Positions 34,086 to 42,575 of a stretch of DNA of 64,000 bases are shown in pieces. The notes under the pieces are model-generated. The model was given only the letters and a program-made list of their open reading frames with translations, did no database searches and was not told the DNA's origin. The DNA comes from an uncultured bacterium. GTDB taxonomy: Bacteria; Acidobacteriota; JAQAZP01. Position numbers and translations under genes: made by a program. Where the stretch lies: NCBI GenBank assembly GCA_965531145.1, contig CBESOE010000005.1, positions 4,762 to 68,761 of the forward strand, written 5' to 3'. Position 1 is the first letter of the stretch; every line of letters starts with the position of its first letter.

Positions 34086-35774
34086 CTACTGGATGTAGCC
34101 GAGATTGCGCAGCTTCTCCATCTCCCGCTCCCGGTTGGGGTCCGGGGCATACTCTCTGGAAATGGTGCGCAGCAGGGCCGATCGGTCGGTGCCCGGATAA
34201 TCGGTGACCATGCGGATAGGCTGACGCTGGAGACGCTCGGGTGTGAGTGCCTCCTCAAGGACACCGCCGCGCTTTGGCGCCAATGCCAGCATCCGGCCGT
34301 CCTGGGGCAGGCCCAGCAGGTAGAGCAGGGTGGGCGCCACCTGGTAGATGGTGGCCGGCGGGGTCAATGCTGTTGAACGGATGTCCGGGCCGTGGATGAT
34401 CACCACCCCTTCCAGTCGGTGGGCGCCCGAGATGTCACTGTGTCGCATCCGCACCTGGACGAAGTTGAAGCTCTCCTTTCCCTCCCAGACCTTGTCGGTG
34501 AACAGGGCCTCTGGTGAGAAACGCACGGTGGCGGCTGGTTTGTCCGACTGCCAACCCGGTTCGGTTGTGTGATCAACCACCAGGTCGAATAGTGGTTCGT
34601 TCTCATCGGTGTGCAGTGTCTGCAGCCGGTGACAGATCTCTTCCGCCTTTTCCACCGAGGCCAGGTCGAGCCAGATCGATTTGTCGTGGCGATACATCTC
34701 GTCGATGGCAAATATCGCTCCCCCACCACCCTCCTTCATCAGGCCCAGTTCCTCGAGCAGAACCTCCAGCCGGAAGTGGTAGGCCTCGCCGGGCTGGATC
34801 GGGCCGCCGCCGTGATCGGAGACAATGGCAATGGTGGCGTTGTCCGGGGCCAGTTGGCGGATCTCACCGAGGAAGTGGTCCATCAGCCGGTAGTAGGCAC
34901 TGATCACCCTGGCCCGGCCGACATCGGGTGAACCGTCCTGGGGAAACTGCTGGGACGCAGGGTCCATGTGGCGCCAGGTGATGTGCTGGGCCACGTCGGT
35001 GCCGGAGAAGTAGACGGCGACAAAGGGGGTGACCTCCCGGGCGGCGATGACCCGCAGGGTGGCCATGGTGCGGGCATCGTTGATCAGCGTGTCCTGGAGG
35101 AACTTGCTGCGGGCGATCTCCCCGGCCAGTTGCCCGGGCATGCGCACCACGGCCTCGTCCTTGAGTGTGTCAGCAAACCCCTCGGGGTGGACCTGCCCCG
35201 GCTGGGGCTTCTCCGGGTCGAAGCCCTTGGCGATGTAATAGCCGTCGATGGCCTCGGCCGGGTACGAACCGAACCAGTTGATCACCGTTGAACGCAGGCC
35301 AACCGCACCGGCCAATTCCCAGACGGCCGGTGAGCGGCGGTCCGGGGGGCCGCTCTCCACGGCCTCGTAACTGCCGGGAAGCTTGACCAGGAAGTTGACC
35401 ACCCCGTGCTCGAATCGTGGCATACCGGTGGCAATGGTGGCCCAGAGCGCGGGTGAGATGGTGGGGTTCTCGGAGAGCAGCACGCCGCTGGCGCCCTCCT
35501 TCGCCAGTGCGGCAAAGTTGGGCAGCTCTCCACGGTCGATCATCGGCTGCAGCAGGTCCCAGGTGATGCCGTCGATCCCCACCAGCCACACCGGCCCCGA
35601 CGCCGCAGCCGAGGGTGCCGGCCCGCCCAGCTGGCCCGGGTAGGTCATCCCCGGGAAATCGGCGGCCGTCTTCTCCGCCGGGAAGACCGGCATCTGGAAA
35701 TCGTCCTCAGGCGCAGTGCATCCGGCAGCAGCCAGAACCAGAATCATGACGATGACGTGGTGGCTACGGATCAC
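34086..35774 (-). CDS. alkaline-phosphatase-superfamily lipoprotein (type I phosphodiesterase / nucleotide pyrophosphatase-like)
   Basis: ORF 34086..35855, with the start moved to GTG 35774 (GAGAGGA RBS). This gives (M)IRSHHVIVMILVLAAAGC, a lipobox. Family-like blocks: WLVGIDGITWDLLQPMIDRGELPNFAAL, PTISPALWATIATG and SDHGG. Confidence 0.82.
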   Translation of the reverse strand: MIRSHHVIVMILVLAAAGCTAPEDDFQMPVFPAEKTAADFPGMTYPGQLGGPAPSAAASGPVWLVGIDGITWDLLQPMIDRGELPNFAALAKEGASGVLLSENPTISPALWATIATGMPRFEHGVVNFLVKLPGSYEAVESGPPDRRSPAVWELAGAVGLRSTVINWFGSYPAEAIDGYYIAKGFDPEKPQPGQVHPEGFADTLKDEAVVRMPGQLAGEIARSKFLQDTLINDARTMATLRVIAAREVTPFVAVYFSGTDVAQHITWRHMDPASQQFPQDGSPDVGRARVISAYYRLMDHFLGEIRQLAPDNATIAIVSDHGGGPIQPGEAYHFRLEVLLEELGLMKEGGGGAIFAIDEMYRHDKSIWLDLASVEKAEEICHRLQTLHTDENEPLFDLVVDHTTEPGWQSDKPAATVRFSPEALFTDKVWEGKESFNFVQVRMRHSDISGAHRLEGVVIIHGPDIRSTALTPPATIYQVAPTLLYLLGLPQDGRMLALAPKRGGVLEEALTPERLQRQPIRMVTDYPGTDRSALLRTISREYAPDPNREREMEKLRNLGYIQ

Positions 35775-36106
35775 GGTTTCCTCTCCCGGGATGAGTGGTT
35801 TTCGTTGGTCAAGGGTATTGGAAGGTGCAACTCCAATCAAGCGGCCAGGGATCAATCGGTTACTGGATCAGCCCGGGAGATTTCGAAAACGTAATAGTTC
35901 TGAGCCCGACATTTTGTGAGAGAAAACCGGAATCGCCAACATCATGTTTATTTTTAGCGACTTGCAACGGCAACCACTGATTGTCAGCAAGGCATATATG
36001 TTGCAATAAATTATTCACTTGACGAAAACGTAATTAAAGCCACACAGTATCAGTATGCATTTGAATCGATGCTGCTACGCCAGCCATTGAAAACAGGAGA
36101 AGTACC

Positions 36107-37258
36107 ATGAACCTGAATCATACCTGGAACGGGATATCCGCGAAGTTCGGCGCTGTTCTCGCGCTGCTCTTTCTTTCAATCTCTTTGTGCAGTCTGGTCC
36201 CGGCCGGGGCGGATGATTTCGGCTACATCGGATCAGATGGAACTCCCTACATCGTCACCGGTCCGGGCACTGGGTCGAACAACGATCCGCTGGTCCGGGT
36301 TTTCGACCCGCTGGCCACCGATGAACCGCTGTCCGAGTGGATAGCCTACGGGGTTCCCCGGTATGGCGCCAACGTGGCGGTGGGCCAGCTGGACGGGGAC
36401 ATGGAACCGGAAGTGATCACCGGGCCGGGGCCCGGATCGCAGTTCGGACCCCACGTGCGTGGTTTTGAGATCGACGGCACGGCGATCGGTGATATCTCAT
36501 TCTTCGCCTATGGCACCGACAAGTGGGGCGTCAACGTGGCCCTTGGTGATCTGGACAATGACGGCATCGATGAAATCGTCACCGGCGCGGGGCCGGGGCC
36601 GATCTACGGCCCCCACGTCCGCGGCTGGAGCTATGACGGCACCGGCGAACCGACGTCCATTACCCAAGTCAACTTCCTGGCCTACGGCTCCTGGAAGTGG
36701 GGGGTCAACGTGGCCTGCGGTGACATCGATGGTGACGGCTTTGACGAAATCGTCACCGGCGGCGGTCCCGGACCGGTCTTCGGCCCCCATGTCCGCGGCT
36801 GGAACTACGACGGCCTGGCCGACACCACCCCCATCGATCAGATCAACTTCATGGCCTACGACTCACGGAAACGGGGGGTCAACGTGGCCTGCGGTGACAT
36901 CGACGGTGACGGCGTGGCGGAGATCATCACCGCTCCGGGTCCCGGTCCGCAATACAGTTCGCACATCAGGGGGTGGCACTGGAACGGTGTCGACCCGGTG
37001 GAGCAGATCGCCGGGGTGGACTTCATCGCCTACAACGGCCGCTACCGCAAGATGGGCGCCAACGTTGGCTGCGCCGACGTGGACGGAGACGGGATCGACG
37101 AGATCCTCACCGGCCCGGGTCCCAAACCGCAATACGATGCCTGGGTAAAGGTGTTCTCCTATGACGGCACAGGTGTGCAGGAGACCATCGACTTCATCGC
37201 CTACGACCCCGATGATTTCAACTACGGGGTGAAGGTCAGCGGGACCAGGGCGCGATAG
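36107..37258 (+). CDS. secreted stand-alone five-loop propeller module protein
   Basis: 383 aa. Signal peptide, then about 20 residues, then the module: IVTGPGTGSNNDPLVRVFDP..., 5 DxDxDG-type loops, ending FIAYDPDDFNYGVKVSGTRAR. Confidence 0.88.
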   Translation: MNLNHTWNGISAKFGAVLALLFLSISLCSLVPAGADDFGYIGSDGTPYIVTGPGTGSNNDPLVRVFDPLATDEPLSEWIAYGVPRYGANVAVGQLDGDMEPEVITGPGPGSQFGPHVRGFEIDGTAIGDISFFAYGTDKWGVNVALGDLDNDGIDEIVTGAGPGPIYGPHVRGWSYDGTGEPTSITQVNFLAYGSWKWGVNVACGDIDGDGFDEIVTGGGPGPVFGPHVRGWNYDGLADTTPIDQINFMAYDSRKRGVNVACGDIDGDGVAEIITAPGPGPQYSSHIRGWHWNGVDPVEQIAGVDFIAYNGRYRKMGANVGCADVDGDGIDEILTGPGPKPQYDAWVKVFSYDGTGVQETIDFIAYDPDDFNYGVKVSGTRAR

Positions 37259-37423
37259 CAACAGCCACATCCGCCGGGGGATTCCCCCGGCGGCCCCCGC
37301 CGCCGGTACGAGATTACACGAGATACTGGCTCGCCTTTTACATTTTTTTTACACTTCGATGAGCGATTTTCATTTGCCCCGGACGGCTGAACTGATACCC
37401 TCGGTTCAACCAAAAGGAGACAC

Positions 37424-38506
37424 ATGATAGTTCCAAAGCTCACCATCGGCAGCATAACCGCGGACGTACCCATCGTTCAGGGCGGCATGGGCGTGCGGGT
37501 CTCGCTGGCCTCCCTGGCCTCCGCCGTGGCCAACGAGGGCGGTATCGGCACCATCTCCAGCATCGGGCTGGGTGACACGGAAGCTTCCAAGGACAAGTAC
37601 GAGCAGATGTCCCGCGAGGCACTGGTGTCCGAGATCCGTAAGGCAAAAACCATGACCGACGGCCACCTGGCCGTCAATATCATGGGTGTGCTCTCCAACG
37701 CCGATGACCTGATCATTGCCTCGGTGAAGGAAGGCATCAAGATCATCGTCTACGGCGCCGGCCTGCCCACCAAGACTCCAGCCCTGGTGGAAGGCTACGA
37801 TGTGAACCTGGTGCCGATCATCAGTTCGGTGAGAATCGCGGAGTTCATCCTCAGGTCCTGGGACAAACGGTTCAACCGCATCCCCGAGGCCTTTATCCTG
37901 GAAGGGCCCCTTGCCGGCGGGCACCTCGGTTTTTCGGATGAACAACTGGATAACATAGACGATTTCTCTCTCGACATACTGCTGCCTGCGGTTCTCGAGG
38001 CGATCAAGCCGTATGAAGACAAATACGGCAGAAAGATCCCCATCATCCCGGCCGGAGGGATTTACACCGGCAGCGACATCGCCCGGATGCTGAATATGGG
38101 CGCTTCGGGCGTGCAGATGGGCACCCGGTTCGTGGTTACCGAGGAATGCGGTGTGTCCCAGGAATTCAAGCAGGCCTACATCGATGCAACGGAAGAGGAC
38201 ATCGTCATCATCAAGAGCCCGGTGGGCATGCCGGGCCGGGCCATCCGCAACCCGTTTCTCAAAGTGCTGGAGGACGGGGGCAGACACCGGATACGATGCC
38301 ACTACCGCTGCCTTACCGCCTGCAACATCGACAAGGCCAAGTACTGCATCGCCGATGCCCTGGTGAAATCCTATTTCGGGGACGTGGACAACGGCCTGGT
38401 GTTCTGCGGGCAGAACGCCCACCGCATCGACCGGATGACCACAGTCAGAGAACTGATGAACGAGCTGGTCACCGAACTGCAGGCGGAACAGCCGGCCGTG
38501 GCCTGA
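37424..38506 (+). CDS. NAD(P)H-dependent flavin oxidoreductase (nitronate monooxygenase / FabK-like)
   Basis: 360 aa, AAAGGAG RBS. Family-like blocks: PIVQGGMGVRVSLASLASAVANEGGIGTIS, EGPLAGGHLGF and IIPAGGIYTGSDIARMLNMGASGVQMGTRF. Confidence 0.88.
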   Translation: MIVPKLTIGSITADVPIVQGGMGVRVSLASLASAVANEGGIGTISSIGLGDTEASKDKYEQMSREALVSEIRKAKTMTDGHLAVNIMGVLSNADDLIIASVKEGIKIIVYGAGLPTKTPALVEGYDVNLVPIISSVRIAEFILRSWDKRFNRIPEAFILEGPLAGGHLGFSDEQLDNIDDFSLDILLPAVLEAIKPYEDKYGRKIPIIPAGGIYTGSDIARMLNMGASGVQMGTRFVVTEECGVSQEFKQAYIDATEEDIVIIKSPVGMPGRAIRNPFLKVLEDGGRHRIRCHYRCLTACNIDKAKYCIADALVKSYFGDVDNGLVFCGQNAHRIDRMTTVRELMNELVTELQAEQPAVA

Positions 38507-38689
38507 TCGCCCCGGCCGGGAATCGCCGGACGGCACCCGCAATTGCCACTTGTCCTTTCCGCCGGAAAACCCTATTAATAGAGTAAAACCGTACAGATCT
38601 CATTGGCGATATTTCCGGTTCCGAGAGCCGCCGTCCGGGCGGAGGACCGTGTCCGGACGCCGGCTCCCCGCACGCTGGGGGGGACGCAC

Positions 38690-39412
38690 ATGAAACAGAC
38701 CAAGACCGAAGGGATCGAGAAGCTGGTGGAGCACCAGCTCGGGCTCTGGCAGACCAGGCGGAAGATCAGCGAGGAGCGAATCCGCCGGGAGACCGACCCC
38801 GGGCGCACGCTCAGTTTCATCACCCTCTCCCGGGATGCGGGCAACGGCGGGGTGGCCGTGGCCCAGGGCCTGGCCGAACGGCTGGGCTGGCGGGTCTTCG
38901 ACAGCGAGATCGTGGAGTACATCGCCCAGCGGTCCAGCATCCACAAGGACCTCATCGATACGCTGGACGAGTCGGCCCGGGACTTCGTCACCGATGCGGT
39001 GATGGCCCTGGTGGGCGCCGTGGAGCACCGCGAGTATGGCTCGTCCGACTATCGCCAGTCGCTCTTCTCCACCATGGCCATCATCGCCGAGCACGGCGAA
39101 GCGGTGATTCTCGGCCGGGGCGGCAGCATCGTCCTCGAGGGGTTCAGGGGCAGTTTGCGGGTGCGGCTCATCGCCCCGCTGCCGGTGCGGGTGGACCGGG
39201 TGGCCGAGGAACTGTCCATCAGCGCCCCGGAGGCGGAGAAGCTGGTCCGCCAGACCGATCGTGAGCGGAAGGTGTTTATCAAAAAACAGTTCAACCGTGA
39301 CATCGACGACCCCTGTCTCTACGACCTGGTGATCAACACCGCAGGGATGACCTCCGGCGAGGTGGTATCGCTGATCTGGCAGGCTGCCCGGATACGCAAT
39401 CCGGGTATCTGA
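38690..39412 (+). CDS. cytidylate-kinase-like family protein (P-loop lacking canonical GxxGxGK)
   Basis: ORF 38603..39412, with the start moved to ATG 38690. ITLSRDAGNGGVAVAQGLAERLGWRVFDSEIVEYIAQRS resembles the Cytidylate_kin2-type family. Confidence 0.65.
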   Translation: MKQTKTEGIEKLVEHQLGLWQTRRKISEERIRRETDPGRTLSFITLSRDAGNGGVAVAQGLAERLGWRVFDSEIVEYIAQRSSIHKDLIDTLDESARDFVTDAVMALVGAVEHREYGSSDYRQSLFSTMAIIAEHGEAVILGRGGSIVLEGFRGSLRVRLIAPLPVRVDRVAEELSISAPEAEKLVRQTDRERKVFIKKQFNRDIDDPCLYDLVINTAGMTSGEVVSLIWQAARIRNPGI

Positions 39413-39443
39413 TTGCCCGTACTGTTTCTGTTATTATTTATGT

Positions 39444-40724
39444 ATGGCTCACCGAACTGCCAGATCGGCCTATACGCGGCTGTCCCAGCGGCTGAACCGC
39501 CATCCCCAGGGCGCCCCGCCAACGGAACTGCTCTTCCAAATTCTGAAGATTCTGGTCAGCGAACAGGAGGCCGACCTGGTCTCCCGGCTCCCCGTCCGCC
39601 CCTTCACCGCGACCAAGGCCAGCAAGTGCTGGAAACTGAGCCTGGCGGAGAGCCGCAAGGTGCTGGACGAGCTGGCCCGCCGGGCGATTCTGGTGGACTT
39701 CGAGCAGAACGGTGAGACCAGCTACGCCCTCCCGCCCCCCATGGCCGGGTTTTTCGAGTTCTCGTTGATGCGGGTGCGGGACGACATCGATCAGCAGGCG
39801 CTGAGCGAGCTGCTGCACCAGTATCTCAACGTGGAGGAGGACTTCATCCTCGATCTCTTCACCCGGGGGGAGACACAGATGGGCCGGACCTTTGTTCACG
39901 AACCTGCCCTGCCCGCGGACAACAGCCTGCACGTGCTCGACTACGAACGGGCCTCGATGGTGATCAGCGAGGCCTCCTTCCGGGCGGTGAGCATGTGCTA
40001 CTGCCGGCACAAGATGCAGCACCTGGGCCGGGCCTGCGACGCGCCGATGGATATCTGCATGACCTTCAATATGACGGCCGCCTCGCTGGCCCGGCACGGC
40101 AACGCCCGGGAAGTGGAGACCGCCGAGTGCCTCGACCTGCTGGCCGAAGCCCGGGAGAACAACCTGGTCCAGTTCGGGGAGAACGTGCGGCGGGAGGTGG
40201 GCTTTATCTGCAACTGCTGCGGCTGCTGCTGCGAGGCGATGACCGCTGCCCGGCGCTTCGCCATCCTGCAACCGGTGCACACCACCAATTTCCTGCCCGA
40301 ACTCGGCGGGGGCAGCTGCGTGGGCTGCGGCAAGTGCGTCAATGTCTGTCCGGTGGAAGCCATGACCCTGGTCTCGGCCAACGATCCCCGCCGCCCGCGG
40401 CGCAAGACGGTCCGTATCGAAGAGAGCCAGTGCCTCGGTTGCGGTCTCTGCGTCCGTGCCTGCTCCCGGAGCAACATCAGCCTGAAACAGCGGCCGGAAC
40501 GGGTGATCACACCGCTGGACGGCACCCACCGGGCCGTGGTGATGGCCATCGAGCGCGGTACCCTGCAGCACCTGATCTTCGACAACCAGGTTTTGCTGAG
40601 CCACCGGGCGCTGGCCGCGGTGCTGGGGGTGATCCTCAAGCTCCCCCCCCTGAAGCAGGCCATGGCCAGCCGCCAGCTCAAGTCACGCTACCTGGAACGA
40701 TTGATAGACGGGAAGGGGCACTGA
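39444..40724 (+). CDS. 4Fe-4S dicluster domain protein with N-terminal winged-helix-like region
   Basis: 426 aa. Cys clusters CYCRHK, CNCCGCCCEAM, CVGCGKCVNVCP and CLGCGLCVRACS. Confidence 0.8.
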   Translation: MAHRTARSAYTRLSQRLNRHPQGAPPTELLFQILKILVSEQEADLVSRLPVRPFTATKASKCWKLSLAESRKVLDELARRAILVDFEQNGETSYALPPPMAGFFEFSLMRVRDDIDQQALSELLHQYLNVEEDFILDLFTRGETQMGRTFVHEPALPADNSLHVLDYERASMVISEASFRAVSMCYCRHKMQHLGRACDAPMDICMTFNMTAASLARHGNAREVETAECLDLLAEARENNLVQFGENVRREVGFICNCCGCCCEAMTAARRFAILQPVHTTNFLPELGGGSCVGCGKCVNVCPVEAMTLVSANDPRRPRRKTVRIEESQCLGCGLCVRACSRSNISLKQRPERVITPLDGTHRAVVMAIERGTLQHLIFDNQVLLSHRALAAVLGVILKLPPLKQAMASRQLKSRYLERLIDGKGH

Positions 40725-40744
40725 GGTTCGCCGTAGGTGCCGGC

Positions 40745-41389
40745 TCACCCCAGGGAGGTGAGGTGTTTCATGTAGCCGCCGGCAATCTTCTCCGGATCCG
40801 CCTGCAGCAGTTCAGCATATTCGGCCAGCAAACGCTTGAGGTTGAGCCAGGAGGGCAAGTCTTCGATGCGGTCCTCCTCCAGCGCCGGGATCAACCCGAT
40901 GCCGATGGCGCTGCCGGCCTCGATCTCCTCCACCTGGAGGCCCATGGCGCGGCGAAGATTTCCCAAGTCGCGACCGGTCACCACCTCGGCCCCTTCCAAC
41001 TGCTTGAACAGCCGCCGGGCCTTGCCGTTGACCATGCCGCGTCGGACCTTCTGGTGGAGAGCAGTTTCCTCCGCGGAGGAGGAGCCATTGGCCGGGGCAT
41101 CCGGAGCACCTTTCGCCAGTGCGGCATCCGTGCTTCCATGCCGGGAGACAACCCCGATGGACCGGTCGTATGCCGCCCGGCGACCCGGGTCCGAGAGAGT
41201 TGCGAAAGCCTCGTCGATGCGGTTCAGAACCGCCGCCCGTTCACCGGGGGTGAAGAAGGCGTAGCTGGCCAGAGAACTCTCGTCATAGAGCAGACGGACC
41301 GTCCGGTGGGCCCGCTGAATCTCATGGACTGATGCGTCGGTTGTGACGTCCAAAACTTCGTAGTGCGACTGATCGGAAATCGGTTTCAT
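40745..41389 (-). CDS. J-domain-like (no HPD) + RodZ-type HTH domain protein
   Basis: ORF 40745..41440, with the start moved to ATG 41389 (GGAGGAG upstream). SHYEVLDVTTDASVHEIQRAHRTVRLLYDE...LSDPGRRAAYD is J-like but lacks HPD. The C-terminal half (VTGRDLGNLRRAMGLQVEEIEAGSAIGIGLIPALEEDRIEDLP...LKRLLAEYAELLQ) resembles the RodZ N-terminal HTH. Confidence 0.7.
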   Translation of the reverse strand: MKPISDQSHYEVLDVTTDASVHEIQRAHRTVRLLYDESSLASYAFFTPGERAAVLNRIDEAFATLSDPGRRAAYDRSIGVVSRHGSTDAALAKGAPDAPANGSSSAEETALHQKVRRGMVNGKARRLFKQLEGAEVVTGRDLGNLRRAMGLQVEEIEAGSAIGIGLIPALEEDRIEDLPSWLNLKRLLAEYAELLQADPEKIAGGYMKHLTSLG

Positions 41390-42335
41390 GAGCTCCTCCG
41401 GACCGGCTCCCATTCCCGTTGGCCGAGAGCTTTCCGGCAATATTCTTCAGATCCACCGCGGTCATCGCCTGCGGGTACTGCTCGATAAAGAGCCGCCGGG
41501 CGAGGATCGACTCCCGCGCCCGCTGGTCGTAATTGATGTTTCCCAGAAAGCTGAAACTGGAATAGAGGTGGCTGTTACAGACCTTGGCAATGCGGTAGCC
41601 CAACGTGGGGTCCACCCGCTGGTGGACCTGGTTGAGGATCAGGTGGAAGTTCAGACCGGACAGGGATTGCATGAGGAAGGGCCTTTTCTCCGGGTCGTGG
41701 CGCAGCACCGTTTCGATGAGGTCGGATGGCGAGGACTGCCCCTCGCGCACCTGCTCCGCGGCCTCCCGGGCGATGGCGGTGAACGCGTGGGTCTTGATCA
41801 GCTGTTTCAGTTTCCGCAGATAGGCCGACTTGACGAAGCGAAACGCATTTTCGATTGAGGTGGGTTCCGGGGTACAGAGAAAGATGCCATCGTCGGCGGC
41901 GAGGAAGAAGTCGAGGGTATTGAAACTGGTCCCGGCGCCGAGATCGAGGAGAACAACATCGTGGGGCAGGTGCCGCACCGCATCGATGATCTTCAGTTTC
42001 TGGGCGTAGGGCAGGTTGGCGATCTCGAAGGACCCGTCACAGGAGGCGATCAGAGATAGATTGGGTATCCGGGTGGGGGTCACCGCCTGTTCCAGACGAT
42101 CCACCGAGCGGCTGAGATAGTCGCCCAGGCCCACGTCCACCTGCTCCAGACCGAAGAAAGTGTGCAGGTTGGGACCACCGAGGTCGAGGTCCACCACGGC
42201 CACCTGCTCCCCCCGACCGGCCAGCAGGGAACCGAGGTTGGCCGTGACAAAGCTCTTGCCAATGCCCCCCTTTCCTCCGCCCACGGGAATGATCCTGGCC
42301 ACGTTCCCTCTCCTCTTCACCTGTCCGGCGGGCAC
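41322..42335 (-). CDS. MinD/ParA/FlhG-family P-loop ATPase
   Basis: 337 aa. Deviant Walker A VGGGKGGIGKS, then VVDLDLGGPNLH and VLLDLGAGTS. Its 3' end overlaps the downstream gene by 68 nt out of frame. Confidence 0.85.
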   Translation of the reverse strand: MPAGQVKRRGNVARIIPVGGGKGGIGKSFVTANLGSLLAGRGEQVAVVDLDLGGPNLHTFFGLEQVDVGLGDYLSRSVDRLEQAVTPTRIPNLSLIASCDGSFEIANLPYAQKLKIIDAVRHLPHDVVLLDLGAGTSFNTLDFFLAADDGIFLCTPEPTSIENAFRFVKSAYLRKLKQLIKTHAFTAIAREAAEQVREGQSSPSDLIETVLRHDPEKRPFLMQSLSGLNFHLILNQVHQRVDPTLGYRIAKVCNSHLYSSFSFLGNINYDQRARESILARRLFIEQYPQAMTAVDLKNIAGKLSANGNGSRSGGAHETDFRSVALRSFGRHNRRISP

Positions 42336-42575
42336 ACCCCACCTTGAACCACTGCCCCGACGCAGGTCAATGCGAATCCGTCCACAGGCAAATTGCTACT
42401 ATTCTGAATAACTTGGCTTGATAATAAAGGAAACCCTCGGCACAATCAAACTCGTATCTGAAAATCGGCCGGTTGCCTTTCCCCAGGCCAGGTGCTAGAG
42501 TTTCATCCATATCGGACATGTATCTTTTTCTTTTTAGCTTCACTCTGAACATCAACTGGTACAAGGAGAAACGGC

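Noticed and set aside
38533-38548. Sigma-54-like GGCAC-ccgcaa-TTGC upstream of the cytidylate-kinase-like gene
   Set aside because: The GG-to-GC spacing is one nucleotide too long compared with TGGCAC-N5-TTGC. A weak sigma-70-like TTGTCC-N17-TATTAA (38550-38578) is an alternative.
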